DNA from: an uncultured Gammaproteobacteria bacterium
Lineage (GTDB): Bacteria; Pseudomonadota; Gammaproteobacteria; CAWCPV01
Direction of reading: 5' to 3'
Length of the DNA: 64,000 nt
NCBI GenBank assembly: GCA_963797555.1
Contig: CAWCPV010000002.1
Location: forward strand, 64,001-128,000
Positions 32,057 to 42,615 of this stretch are shown piece after piece. The position numbers and the translations under genes are program-made. Below the pieces are notes generated by a model. It saw only the letters and a program-made list of their open reading frames with translations, was not told where the DNA came from and searched no databases. How positions within the stretch are numbered: position 1 is the first letter of the stretch; each line of letters starts with the position of its first letter.

Positions 32057-32611
32057 TCAGTGCCCTACGGCAACTCGCAGGACGTGGAACGTAACTGAAG
32101 AGGTGGTCGCGACTGGCTGGCCACCAGCATCTACCACGGAGGCCGACACCGTGTGGGTGCCGCGGTCCATGTTGACCAGCGTCACACTGACGGACGTGCC
32201 GCTCTGGGGCAAGGGCCGGCCGTCGACCGTCAACTGGATCCGATGGCCCCGCGCGAGCGCCGGCTCGAGCGCCAACGAGACGGTCACGTTCCCGTCGTTC
32301 GCTCTCACTCCCTCATCGTCCTTCGGGTTGGTGATCGCGAAGCGCGTATAGGCGGGAGCCTGCACCGCCGGCGCCTGGTCGGCCAACCCGGACCCGCCGC
32401 CAGGCTGCGAGACCTCTCCGCTCCCCGGAGGCATCCCGCCCGCTGAGGGCGGGGGCAGCGGCTTTACGTCGACGGACTTCGCCCCGGGAACGGGCCGGTC
32501 GGAGAAGGTCACGCTGCCGTCGGGACCCACCGACCGATAAACCTGAGCTTGCGCCGACGAGGCCACCACGAGCACCAACAGCAACGCCACCATTTGCATA
32601 CTCCACAGCAT
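32057..32611 (-). CDS. DUF4124 exported protein with Ig-like C-terminal domain
   Basis: Signal peptide, VYRSVGPDGSVTFSDRP, DRGTHT. Confidence 0.85.
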   Translation of the reverse strand: MLWSMQMVALLLVLVVASSAQAQVYRSVGPDGSVTFSDRPVPGAKSVDVKPLPPPSAGGMPPGSGEVSQPGGGSGLADQAPAVQAPAYTRFAITNPKDDEGVRANDGNVTVSLALEPALARGHRIQLTVDGRPLPQSGTSVSVTLVNMDRGTHTVSASVVDAGGQPVATTSSVTFHVLRVAVGH

Positions 32612-32763
32612 AGCGGCCTCCCGTACCGGCAGCAAGGAGCAGGGATCGCAGCGGTAGGGAATCAGGGGGCGAGCGCGATAAGGGACAGAGACTTTCACCC
32701 TGCAAGAGACGGCGAGTGCGCAGTGCCGGGCGCTGATGCCCTTGTCAGGCCGGTCTCTGACAC

Positions 32764-34565
32764 CTACCTCAGCAGCTTGAAAGCGTGAACCCAGTCGTTA
32801 TGCAGAAAGCCGGGAATACACCAGAGCATGCACAGGGGTTCGATGGCCCGCGCTGCCGCGGCCTTGCCCATATCCGCCGTCTCCCAACCGAATTGATCGA
32901 GAATTTCGCGAACCTTCTTCTTCGCCGCCTCGTCGTTGCCGCAGATGAACATTGTCGGCTTGCCGTCCTTGAACTGCGGATTCACCATGCACGCGTTTCC
33001 GACGGAATTGAAAGCTTTGACGAAGCGCACACTGCCGAACTCGCGCTGAAGACGCTCCATCAGGGACTCATCGAGATTGGTGAAGAATTTCAATATGCCG
33101 TCAACCGGAGGGCCGTCGGCAATGGGATTCGTCGCGTCGATGACAGGTTTACCCGCCAGGTTTGCCTCGCCCGCTGCGCGCAGCGCGTCCGCTGCAGCGG
33201 AGCCCTTGACGGCGAGGACCGCCAGCTCGGCAAATTTGGCGGCATCGGGAAAGCTACTGAGACGGCCCTTGGGGTTCTGCTTCACCCAGTCCGCTAGTGT
33301 AGTGCTTCATTCTGTTTAGAACTTAAACGTGCGTTGGCGCGGATGACCTTCTGCAGGATGTCCTTAGCCTTGGCGGTCCAGATGAAGGGTTTGGGATTGG
33401 CGTTGTGGGCATCGACATAGCGGTTGATGGCAGGGATCAACTCGGGGACGCTTCGAAACACGCCACGGCGCAACCGATCCACAGTCAGGTCGCGGAAGAA
33501 TCGCTCGACCATGTTCAACCAGGATGCTGAGGTGGGCGTGAAATGGATGTGGAAACGCGGGTGTTTTCCCAGCCATTTCTGAACGTTGGGATGTTTGTGG
33601 GTGGCGTAGTTGTCGCAGACCAAGTGCAGTTCCTTGTCCTTGGGCGTCTCGCGGTCGATTTGGCGCAGGAAGGTGAGCCACTCCGTGTGGCGATGGTGCG
33701 GCTCGCAGCGGGCAATCACGGAACCCTCCAAGGTGTTCAGGGCAGCAAACAGTGTCGTGGTGCCATGGCGCTTGTAGTCATGGGTCATGGTCGCAGCCCG
33801 CCCCTTCTTCAGCGGCAGGCCAGGTTGGGTACGATCCAGCGCCTGAACCTGACTCTTCTCGTCGCAGCACAACACCAAAGCATGCTCCGGGGGGGACAGA
33901 TACAGCCCGACGATGTCCTCCAACTTCTCGGTGAATTTCGGGTCGCGCGATACCTTGAAGGATTCGACACGATGCGGCTTCAGCCCATGGGCATGCCACA
34001 CGCGCAGCACCGTGGTGTCGCTCACTCCCATTTCCTTAGCCAGGGTCCGCGTACTCCACTGTGTCGCTGCTAAGGGCTGGGTCTGAGTCGTGCGTCGCAC
34101 GATCTCGGCGGCATCCACCTTGGGCTGACGACCTCCGCGCGGCAGGTCACACTCGATGGCCGCCAGCCCGCCTTGCGCATAGCGCTCCCGCCAACGCCCA
34201 ACCTGCACACGCCCAATCTTGAGTTCCGCCGCGATGGCCTTGTTCTCCATGCCCACCGCCGCCAACAGCACAATGCGCGCTCGGCGGGCCAGCCTCACAC
34301 TCGTGGTGTTCGAACGCGACACACGCCTCAGGCTCCGCTGTTCTTCCGCGCTCAGTCGGACCATCGGGGCTACTCGCATCAGTGCTCTCCTGTCTTGGCT
34401 TCATAGCCCTGGACAGCGATAGATCATATATGTTCCGTTAATTACCAAGCACTACACTAGCTTGTCAGGGCTGCGCGTGCCAAGCATTACATCGTGGCCA
34501 TATCTGAGAAAGCCGCCGGCCAGCGCTTTCGCCACATCGCCCGATCCTAGGATTCCGATCTTCAT
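32764..34565 (-). pseudogene. NADPH-dependent F420-reductase-like oxidoreductase interrupted by IS630
   Basis: MKIGILGSGDVA N-terminus at 34565; removing the IS and one TA rejoins PDKL-ADWVKQN in frame; IDATNP, VKAFN. Confidence 0.9.
33297..34457 (-). mobile_element. IS630-family element, complete; transposase 33294-34379
   Basis: IRs GTGTAGTGCTT / AAGCACTACAC, TA duplication, DEKSQ...DNY...WLNMVERFF. Confidence 0.95.
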
Positions 34566-34676
34566 GCTGTTCTCCCTTATGCAGGTGCTCCAGTGCCTGT
34601 GCCAGTGTCGCGCGAACGCTAACCTCTGGCTGGCCGTGCCGGCCCCAGCGAGTCGTTGCGACGCGAATAACATCGG

Positions 34677-35243
34677 CTAGATTCCATCGATCCACCCTTC
34701 GAGGTCGGTAACCTCACGCTGTAAGATGTCCGCATCCTCATAAACATGAGAGATGACGCTAATGCCTTGGACGCGGCCGAGCAGGTGCAGGGCCGTAAGT
34801 CTTGCCTCCTTGCCATATCCTAAGGCTTCGAACTGGCATGTCAGCCACTTGCTGAACAAATCCATTAGCGCCCGCGCCGGGTTTCCCGCTTCTTGTCTTG
34901 CCTTTCCCAGTTCGGCATTCAGGGTACCCACCGGGCAGCCATATTGCACGAGATCGTCCCCCCGCTCGACCAGCATGCGGGCAAAGCGCTTCAGTCTCTG
35001 CACCGGATCGAGGTAGTCACTGTCCCACCTTTCCAGCGTGGCTGTGTACTCGGCCAGGCGTCGTTCGATGATGGCAGCAAGCAGCTCATCCTTGGTTCTG
35101 AAGTAGTGATAGATATTGCCGCGCAGCACGCCAGCACCTTCCACGATATCGCTGAAGGAGGTGTGGTGGTAGCCCTTGCGGTAGAACAAGTCTTTCGCGG
35201 CATCCACGATCTCGGTGCGGGTTTTCTCGCCCTTGGCAGACAT
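34677..35243 (-). CDS. TetR/AcrR family regulator
   Basis: KGY..TS..DI...G..RGNIYHYF.TKDEL, GCPVG. Confidence 0.92.
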   Translation of the reverse strand: MSAKGEKTRTEIVDAAKDLFYRKGYHHTSFSDIVEGAGVLRGNIYHYFRTKDELLAAIIERRLAEYTATLERWDSDYLDPVQRLKRFARMLVERGDDLVQYGCPVGTLNAELGKARQEAGNPARALMDLFSKWLTCQFEALGYGKEARLTALHLLGRVQGISVISHVYEDADILQREVTDLEGWIDGI

Positions 35244-35390
35244 GATGGCAGCCTGTCGAATCAATCTGGAAGGGGTAGTAAACGATTTTCCCGCAAGCAG
35301 TGGGGTGTTGCCGGAGGACATTCCTTCTGTTCGCGGCAAAACGCGGTAAATAGGACTCCGAGAGATTCGAAGCGGTTCATCCGGACTGCC

Positions 35391-36400
35391 TCACACGATG
35401 CGCTGGTACATCTTCATGGGCGTGGTCTGCCGCACCTGCATTTCGGTAACCTGTTTGCGAATGGCCTCCTTCCAGTGGTGACGCGCCCGGTAGCCCAACA
35501 ATCGTTCCGCCTTCCCGTTATCCGCGCCGGTTTCCTCCAGCAGATGCACGATGCTGCGCGTGACCAGCGGCTCCCACGGGACGAGGGGATCGATCGTTTC
35601 CATGAGCCACGCGAAGGGGTACGCACTCCAGAACGGCACACTGAAATGCGGTCTGGGGTAGTCGAACTCCGCGTGCAGGAAGTCAATGACTTCGCGCACG
35701 GTGGGTACCTCGGGCCCCACGATGTTGAAACCTTCATAGGCCGACAAACCCTCGGCCGACGCCGCGAGGGCAAAGGCCTCCCCGATGTCTTCGCCGTCGA
35801 TCAGCGGCAGACCAGTGCTGCCGCCGGCCACCCAGGGTACGAATGTGTTTTCAGGCGCGGCAGCAGGATGGGCAGCACCCCTAAGGCATAACGGCGCCCG
35901 ACGAAGATGCCTAGGCGCAGGTTGACGATCTGGAACGCCGGGCTAGCCAATTGCCTGAGACGGTTCTCAATGCCGACGACGTTGCATAGATGCGGCCAGA
36001 AAGAGCGCGGGATGCCGCTGCTTTGTGGGTCGGCCGATGCCACGGGCGCAGCGGCGGAGGTGGTGCTGGCGTTGATGACGCGCCTCACCCCGGCCTGATG
36101 GGCGGCCTCGATGAGCCCGAGCACCGGCTCCAAGTACAGCCGCCGCGAGTCCTCCTCGTGATTCCACAACGAACTCCAAGCCGCGCAGATGCACAGCGTA
36201 TCGACACGCGCAACCACCTCCCGCGTGTAGTTGGGGTCACGAAAGTCACCGGCCCGCACCTCCCCCTTGAAGCCAGGCGGCAACCGCAGCGTATCGCGGC
36301 ACGCGGCAACCAGCGCGATATCTGCTTGCGCTTGCAACGATTCCAGCGCATGGCTGCCAGCGAAGCCGGTGGCGCCGGCGACCAGTACCGTACCCTTCAT
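35391..36400 (-). CDS. NAD-dependent epimerase/dehydratase, frameshifted near 35843
   Basis: VLVAGATGFAG; two overlapping ORFs join as RLKTHxVPWVAGG with one base restored. Confidence 0.8.
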
Positions 36401-36727
36401 ATAGCCCTCGAAAGTCGGATGATCGTCCAATAATAGTAGGACGCCCATCCAATAATGACAAGAGCGATGAATGGCTGCAATGGCACTTTTGGGCAGGACC
36501 AGATGCCGCGTCTGCGGCAGATCGTAACGCCGACCGGGCTCAGCAGACCGACCGCCAACGCGACCCAGTACCCCGCCGGCGGAAGCCGGCCGACTCAGAC
36601 CGCCGTCGCGAACACGGCGACCCACAGATCGAAGAATGAAAAACGGCTCGGCTCGAGCGGATGGATTTCGCCGGCGCCGCCCTCTCCGTTTCTACCTTAC
36701 CGCCCCGCGCTCTTACACATCGGTCGA

Positions 36728-39700
36728 CTAAGCCAAGTGCCGGATCTCACGGTTGTCGCGGCGAAGCCTGTCCGACAGATACGCGGCCAGGTTGGTCAAC
36801 AGCTTGGTGCGTAGCGGGTCGTCCAGGTCCTCGAAGGACAGCTCGTAGCACGTCGCGTCAGACGCCGCGACCACGTCCGCCGAGCGCCTGCGCTCGTTCA
36901 ACATGGCCACTTCCCCGAAGGCCATGCCGGGCGTCAGCGTCGCCAGTCTGCGTTCCTGACCGGCGTCGGTCCGGAGCACGACGTCCACCTCGCCGTCGAC
37001 GAGGAAAAACAGCGAGCTGGCATCGTCGCCCGCGCGGAATACGGTCTCCCCGCTCTTGAAAGTCACCGTCCGCACCATTTCTTGCAGGTGGCCGACCTGC
37101 GCCGCCGTCATGCCCCGGCACAGGTAGTGGTCGCCCAGATCCGGGACGGCTGGGCGGGCCAGTGCGTCCGGGCTCTCGCGCTCGATTAGCCGATCCTCGC
37201 ACCACTCCAAGGCGCGGTCCGTGTCCGGAAAGCGGAACAACGGTTCTCCCTGCAGTCCGTCGGCCCGGCTAATGAGGCCCTTGCGGAAGGCGTAGTGGGC
37301 GCCGGTTTCGGTGAAGAGGAGTTGCCTCCCGAGCCGGTACAGCGTCTGCGCGAAGGCTGCCAGCATCTCCGTGGACGCGTGGTCCACCTCGAACGCTCGC
37401 CGCATGTCGAGGATGACGAAATCCACACCGTCCAGGTCCCCCTCGATATGCTGCAGGACCGACTCCGTGGCCCCGAAACGCAGTTCGCCCTGCAACTCGT
37501 AGATGCGGATCCTGTTCCCCTCGCGGTCGAGGATCTCGCCCTCGGGGGCCGTGCGCGCGCGGCGCGACCGCACCGTTCGGGAGTCGTGCTGAAGACGGAG
37601 CACCGAGGAGGAGGTCGACCTCACCACGTCGAACAGATGCAGCTTGAAATCAGCGGTGAGCCGGTTACAGGTCGCGATACCGCGCACGCTGTTGCCCTTC
37701 TCGTCGAGCGGCGGGGAGAACACGCCGAGGCCGAACTGGCCAGGCAGTACGGCCATGATCCCGCCGCCCACGCCGCTTTTGGCGGGCATCCCCACGTTGT
37801 AGAGCCATGACCCGGAGTAGTCGTACATGCCGCAGGAGCCCATCACGCTGAGCACCTTGGGGACGTACCGGGACTGCAGCGCCACCACCCCGGTGACGGG
37901 GTTGACCCCGCCGTTGGCGAGGCAGGCGGCGATGCCCGCCAAGTCTCGTGCGGTCACGAGAACGGAGCACTGTTTGAAGTAGAGATCCAGCACGTCCTCC
38001 GGAGCGCGCTCCAGGATGCCGTGTCCGTACAGCAGGTGCGCGATGGCGCGGTTGCGGTGTCCGGTCGCCTTCTCGGACGCGTAAACCTTCTCGTCGATGG
38101 CATGCGGGTGGCCCGAGTAGCGGGAGAAACCGTCCAGGATGCGCTCCAGCCGGTTTCCCGCGCCTTCCTTGATGAGCCCCGTCGTCGCGATGGCGCCGGC
38201 GTTGATCATGGGGTTCCGTGGCCGCCCGGTGCCGGGCTCGAGGCTGATGGAGTTGAAGGCTTCGCCGGAAGGCTCCACTCCCACTTTGCCGAGCACCTGA
38301 TCGAGCCCGTGGTCCTCCAGGGCGAGCCCGTACGTGATGGCCTTGGAGATGGACTGGACGGTGAACGCCTGCCGGCTGTCCCCGACCTGGTAGACGTGGC
38401 CGTCGACGGTGGCGAGGGCGATGCCGAACCAATCCGGATTTGCGTACGACAGCTCCGGGATGTAGCTCGCCACCTGCCCGTCTCGCAGATCGGCCAGGTC
38501 GTTCCACAGAGCTTCGAGGTACTGCTGGACTGGTGACGCACTAGCCCGACTTCGCGGATTCGCGGGGTAGGGATAGCGTAAGTGGTTGAAATTGCGAGAG
38601 GGCGCCTGGCAAGGTCTGCACTACATCGCGGCGGCTGAGGCAGTGTGGGCGGTGCTGATTTTCGGAGCTGGTGGTGCGGGCAGTTCGAGCTTCAACTGCG
38701 CGAGGAGCAGTTGCAGTTCTGGCTCAGGTTGGGTGTAGCGGGTGAACGTCAATTCGCGCCCATCGGTGGTCGGCACCTGTGCGTCGACCATCTGCACGGC
38801 GGCGAATTTCTCCAGCACGCTGCGCGTGGTTAATCCAGGCGCGAGCGCATGCAAACGTCGCCCGAGCGTGACATGCAGACAATAGGCAAGAAAGGCAATG
38901 AAGATATGGGCTTCGATACGCTCGATGTGTTGATGAAAGATTGGCCGAATGGCCAAATCCCCCTTGAGATTCTTGAATGCTTCTTCCACCGCCACCAGTT
39001 GCAGGTAAACCCCCATAGCTTGGCGGGATCGGTGTCGGTGAGATTGGTGCGCAGCAGATACCGTCCTTCGCGCCGGCGCACTTCACGCAGCTTATCGCGG
39101 CGCAGGCGGTAGCTAAACGTGGCGTCCTTGGGGTCGACCTCCAGTTGAACCAAGCGCCATACCGCCGGGCCGTGTTGGCGCGCCGCACCGAGCTTCATCA
39201 GCAGTTGCTCGCGGGTGAGCTGCATGGTCGCGAGTTTCTTCAACCGCGCCCATAACCACTTCAGCTTGCGCCGTCGTATCGCACGCTCCTTCGCCACGCG
39301 CTGTTCACTTTGCGCGTACACATACAGCTCCCCATCCTGCGCCAACAGTTTCACGGCTACGCCGGGGCGCGCTTCCCGCCACGGCTTGAGCAGCAGCGCG
39401 CTCTCCAATTTGCTGAGCCGCCCCTTGGGCGTGCCCACCAGGTCAGTGCACTGGCGGGCGACTTGCGCGCATCTCTTCCAGCACCGCTTCGGTCGGAATG
39501 CCGCGGTCCATCACCCAAATCCGCTGCGCTCTTCCGTACTGACGCTCAATGCGCGCGAGGAACTCCTTCAACGTCGTCTTGTCGGCCGTATTGCCCGCCA
39601 ACACTTCATAGGCCAAGGGCAAGCCTTCCGGGGTCACCACCCAGGCGATCACCACCTGCACACAGTCCCTGCGCTTATCGCGCGAGTGGCCGAATCGTCG

Positions 39701-40574
39701 TTTGTCCTGCTCCGACTGCGGGGGCTCACACTCAAAGTAGGTGCTCGTGAGGTCGTAGAGCAGCACCTCGAAGGTGGCATTGAACAGATCCCGCCACCGC
39801 CGCACCAGATGGTCAAAGACCGCCGCCTTGTGCTCCAGCAAGCGGTCGTGACAGACATACAGCCGGTGGCTGTCGGAGAGCGCCGCATCCGCTCCGAGCA
39901 AATCCGTCAAGGCCGTACGGCCAAACCACTCCCGGTGCAACCGCCACTCGCTGCCCGGTGCCAGCAACCGATAGGCCACGAGCACGAATAACACCTGATC
40001 CCACCGAGTGCCCTTGCGACTCGGCGTTAACCGTTCCCACCAGAAGCGATCTAACTGCAATTCCTCCCACAGTTGCAGCGCCAGCCAACACGCACCCCAC
40101 TGCCGCGGTCGGCACAGCCGCAATTCTTTCAGCCGCAAACGTACCACCGAAGCATCCCTCGACAGCTCTTCAGATCGCTCCTCGGGAAACAACGACATCG
40201 TGCGCGGTGTCAGCGCCCCGTCTTCGAACACCTCAATGGATTTGCGCCACGCCAACTCCTGCGAGGAGTTGATCTCACCCAAATACAGCACATGCCGTTG
40301 CAGCACGCGCCCACCGCTCAGGCGCCTATTCTCGACAATACTCCAGTAACGGTGCTCCTTGCCGTCTTTCTTCCGCGTCGTGGCCCGTAGAAACATGATG
40401 GAACATCATTATCCGCAGATTTTTCCCCTTGAAAACAAGCAAGGTCTTCACTACAGCGCATTTCGACCCTTTTTGGCCCACCACGGCACCAACAAACAAT
40501 CACTTACCCCTGGCCAGCGGGCCAATCGCCGTGCGAATCCGCGAAGTCGGGCTAGGCGCCAGCGACGACGGCAT
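36728..40574 (-). pseudogene. glsA: Glutaminase A fused to STAS and cNMP-binding domains, interrupted near codon 6 by IS1634
   Basis: ASYIPEL, QSISK, EPSG.AFN, NPMINAGAI, GMYD.SG, PAKSGVGGG, FGEVA; MPSSLA lies beyond the IS (40574-40557) and continues SPVQQYL. Confidence 0.82.
38541..40555 (-). mobile_element. IS1634-family element; transposase 38621-40396 with two frameshifts
   Basis: 23-bp IRs CTAGCCCGACTTCGCGGATTCGC; YDLTSTYFE, GHSRDKR.D, VMDRG, VEEAF..LK..L.IRPIFH. Confidence 0.92.
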
Positions 40575-40611
40575 AGCGAGCCTTCAGAGCTTGTGTATAG
40601 AGGGCTACCTG

Positions 40612-40627
40612 TGCAATGACCGTTCCA
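40612..40627 (-). promoter_or_regulatory. Sigma-54 promoter of glsA
   Basis: TGGAACGGTCATTGCA (GG-N10-GC) about 40 nt upstream of the reconstructed ATG. Confidence 0.65.
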
Positions 40628-40674
40628 CATCGGTGCAGCGAGCCGCGGGGTCGGTTCGGTCGCCTCCGCTGCGT

Positions 40675-41130
40675 AATTGCCATGCCGCGGGTGTGTCCCC
40701 TACCCACACATGTCGCAGGGCGCCCCATCTCGGTGCGATGACAGGGTGAGCGGCGTCAGGCATGTATTCCCGGAACGTCGGGAACGGAGGAAAGGCACCA
40801 GGCTCCTGTGCCCAGGCAACCATGAGTCTGCCCGCAAACGCAAATCGGGACGCTCCCACAAGGCCAATCGCTATGTGCGTCGCCTGCTGTGCGAGTTCGC
40901 CCACTCCGCCAGGCTCTGGTCCTGCGCCGGGGATGCAAACGAGCCATCATCGGCCTGGCTCACAAGATGTTGCGCATCACCTTTTGCATGCTTTCGCGTG
41001 GTCAACACTACCGGAATTCGGCTACCGACTACGGAGGAGCCCTGCACCCTATGGCTTCCTGCGAGCCGCCGCCTGAACGCTTCTTCCCTATCCTATGGCC
41101 TTCATCGGTCAGGCGCCTTCACGTCAATTC
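40675..41130 (+). mobile_element. Internally deleted IS110-family remnant
   Basis: CPGNHESA.KRKSG...NRYVRRLLCEFAHSA and KRAIIGLAHKMLR fragments in two frames; boundaries approximate. Confidence 0.7.
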
Positions 41131-41424
41131 CGCACCGCCACTCAACATCCCCCCCGGCGGGACTTGACGGGGCCCCTCCGCATCAGGTGCGGCGGGCCGT
41201 GCTAGAATTCGCGGTTGCACTTCGCGCAGCGGACTTGGCGACACAATCTTGACTGTAAGCACCCAGAGGCCGAGGCGATGAAGGTCATGGATTGTCGCGG
41301 ACTCCCGGCGGGCACGCGTTGGGTCCGGGCATCGTCGGGCAGTCACGCCGCGCTGCGGGCGTCGGCGCCCGTGCCTGTCACGCTGGGGCGGCTGCGTTGC
41401 ACCCAAACCAGGAGACTGACCGCC

Positions 41425-42600
41425 ATGCGCTGGTACCTCGTCGCTCTCGTGTTATCCCTCCCGCTTGCCGCCTGCAACAAGGAAGAGGCGAAGCCCCAGG
41501 CGCGCCCGCCCGCCGAGGTGTCGGTGATCCAGGTCACGCCCGCCGACACGCCGGTCACCTTCGAATACGTGGGCCAGACCGAGAGCTCGCACCAGGTCGA
41601 GATCCGGGCGCGCGTGAGCGGTTTCCTCGACAAGCGTGTGTACGACGAAGGCAGTGTGGTCACGGCGGGTCAGGTGATGTTCAGGCAGGACCCCAAGCCC
41701 TTCCAGGCGCAGCTCGCTGTCGCCAAGGGAGCGCTCGCCGAGCAGCAAGCCCGACTGCAGACCGCTCGCGATAACCTCGCCCGGGTCAGGCCGCTCGCCG
41801 CTCAGAACGCGCTGAGCCAGAAGGATCTGTCCGACGCGATCGGCGCCGAGCAAGCTGCTGCAGCGGCGGTGGAGGCAGCCAAGGCCAACGTGCAGGAAGC
41901 ACAGCTCAACCTCGGCTACACGACCATCATGACACCCGTGACCGGGATGTCCAGTTATGCGCGCGTGCAGGAAGGCGCGTACGTCAATCCGCAGAACAGC
42001 CTGCTGACGACCGTCGAACAGGTCCACCCGATCTGGGTCGACTTCAGCCTGTCCGAGAACGAGGCCCTCAGGTTTCGCGGCGAGCGGGTGAGCGGCCAGC
42101 TCCGCCTACCCAAGATCGACAGCTACGAAGTCGAGATCGTGCTCGGCGACGGCTCTGTCTTCCCGCACAGAGGCCGCATCACGTTTGCGAACGCCAGCTA
42201 CAACCAGCAGACCGGGACGTTCCTGGTGCGAGCCACGCTGCCCAACCCGGAGGCTGAGCTGCGCCCGGGGCAGTTCGTGCGCGTGCGCGTCCTGGGGGCC
42301 GTCCGGCCGAACGCGATTCTCGTCCCCCAGCAGGCGGTGCTTAACGGTGCGCAGGGGCACTTCGTGTGGGTCGTCGGGAAGCAGGGCAAGGCCGAGATCC
42401 GCAACGTGGAGGTCGGCCCTTGGCATGGCGAACAGTGGTTTATCACGAGTGGGCTCGCGCCGGGCGAAACCGTGGTCGTGGAAGGCGTGATGAGGCTCGC
42501 GCCCGGCGCCGCGGTGAAGGTCGTCCAGTCCGCGGCGAAGGCGGCCGGCGCGCAGCGCGAGTCTGCCCCGTCCAGCGCGCCAGGACAGGCCCGGAAATAG
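41425..42600 (+). CDS. RND efflux periplasmic adaptor (MFP), lipoprotein
   Basis: LAAC lipobox, EIRARVSG, LGYT.I.TPV.G, LRPGQFVRV. Confidence 0.93.
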   Translation: MRWYLVALVLSLPLAACNKEEAKPQARPPAEVSVIQVTPADTPVTFEYVGQTESSHQVEIRARVSGFLDKRVYDEGSVVTAGQVMFRQDPKPFQAQLAVAKGALAEQQARLQTARDNLARVRPLAAQNALSQKDLSDAIGAEQAAAAAVEAAKANVQEAQLNLGYTTIMTPVTGMSSYARVQEGAYVNPQNSLLTTVEQVHPIWVDFSLSENEALRFRGERVSGQLRLPKIDSYEVEIVLGDGSVFPHRGRITFANASYNQQTGTFLVRATLPNPEAELRPGQFVRVRVLGAVRPNAILVPQQAVLNGAQGHFVWVVGKQGKAEIRNVEVGPWHGEQWFITSGLAPGETVVVEGVMRLAPGAAVKVVQSAAKAAGAQRESAPSSAPGQARK

Positions 42601-42615
42601 TCCGGGCCCCGCGCG

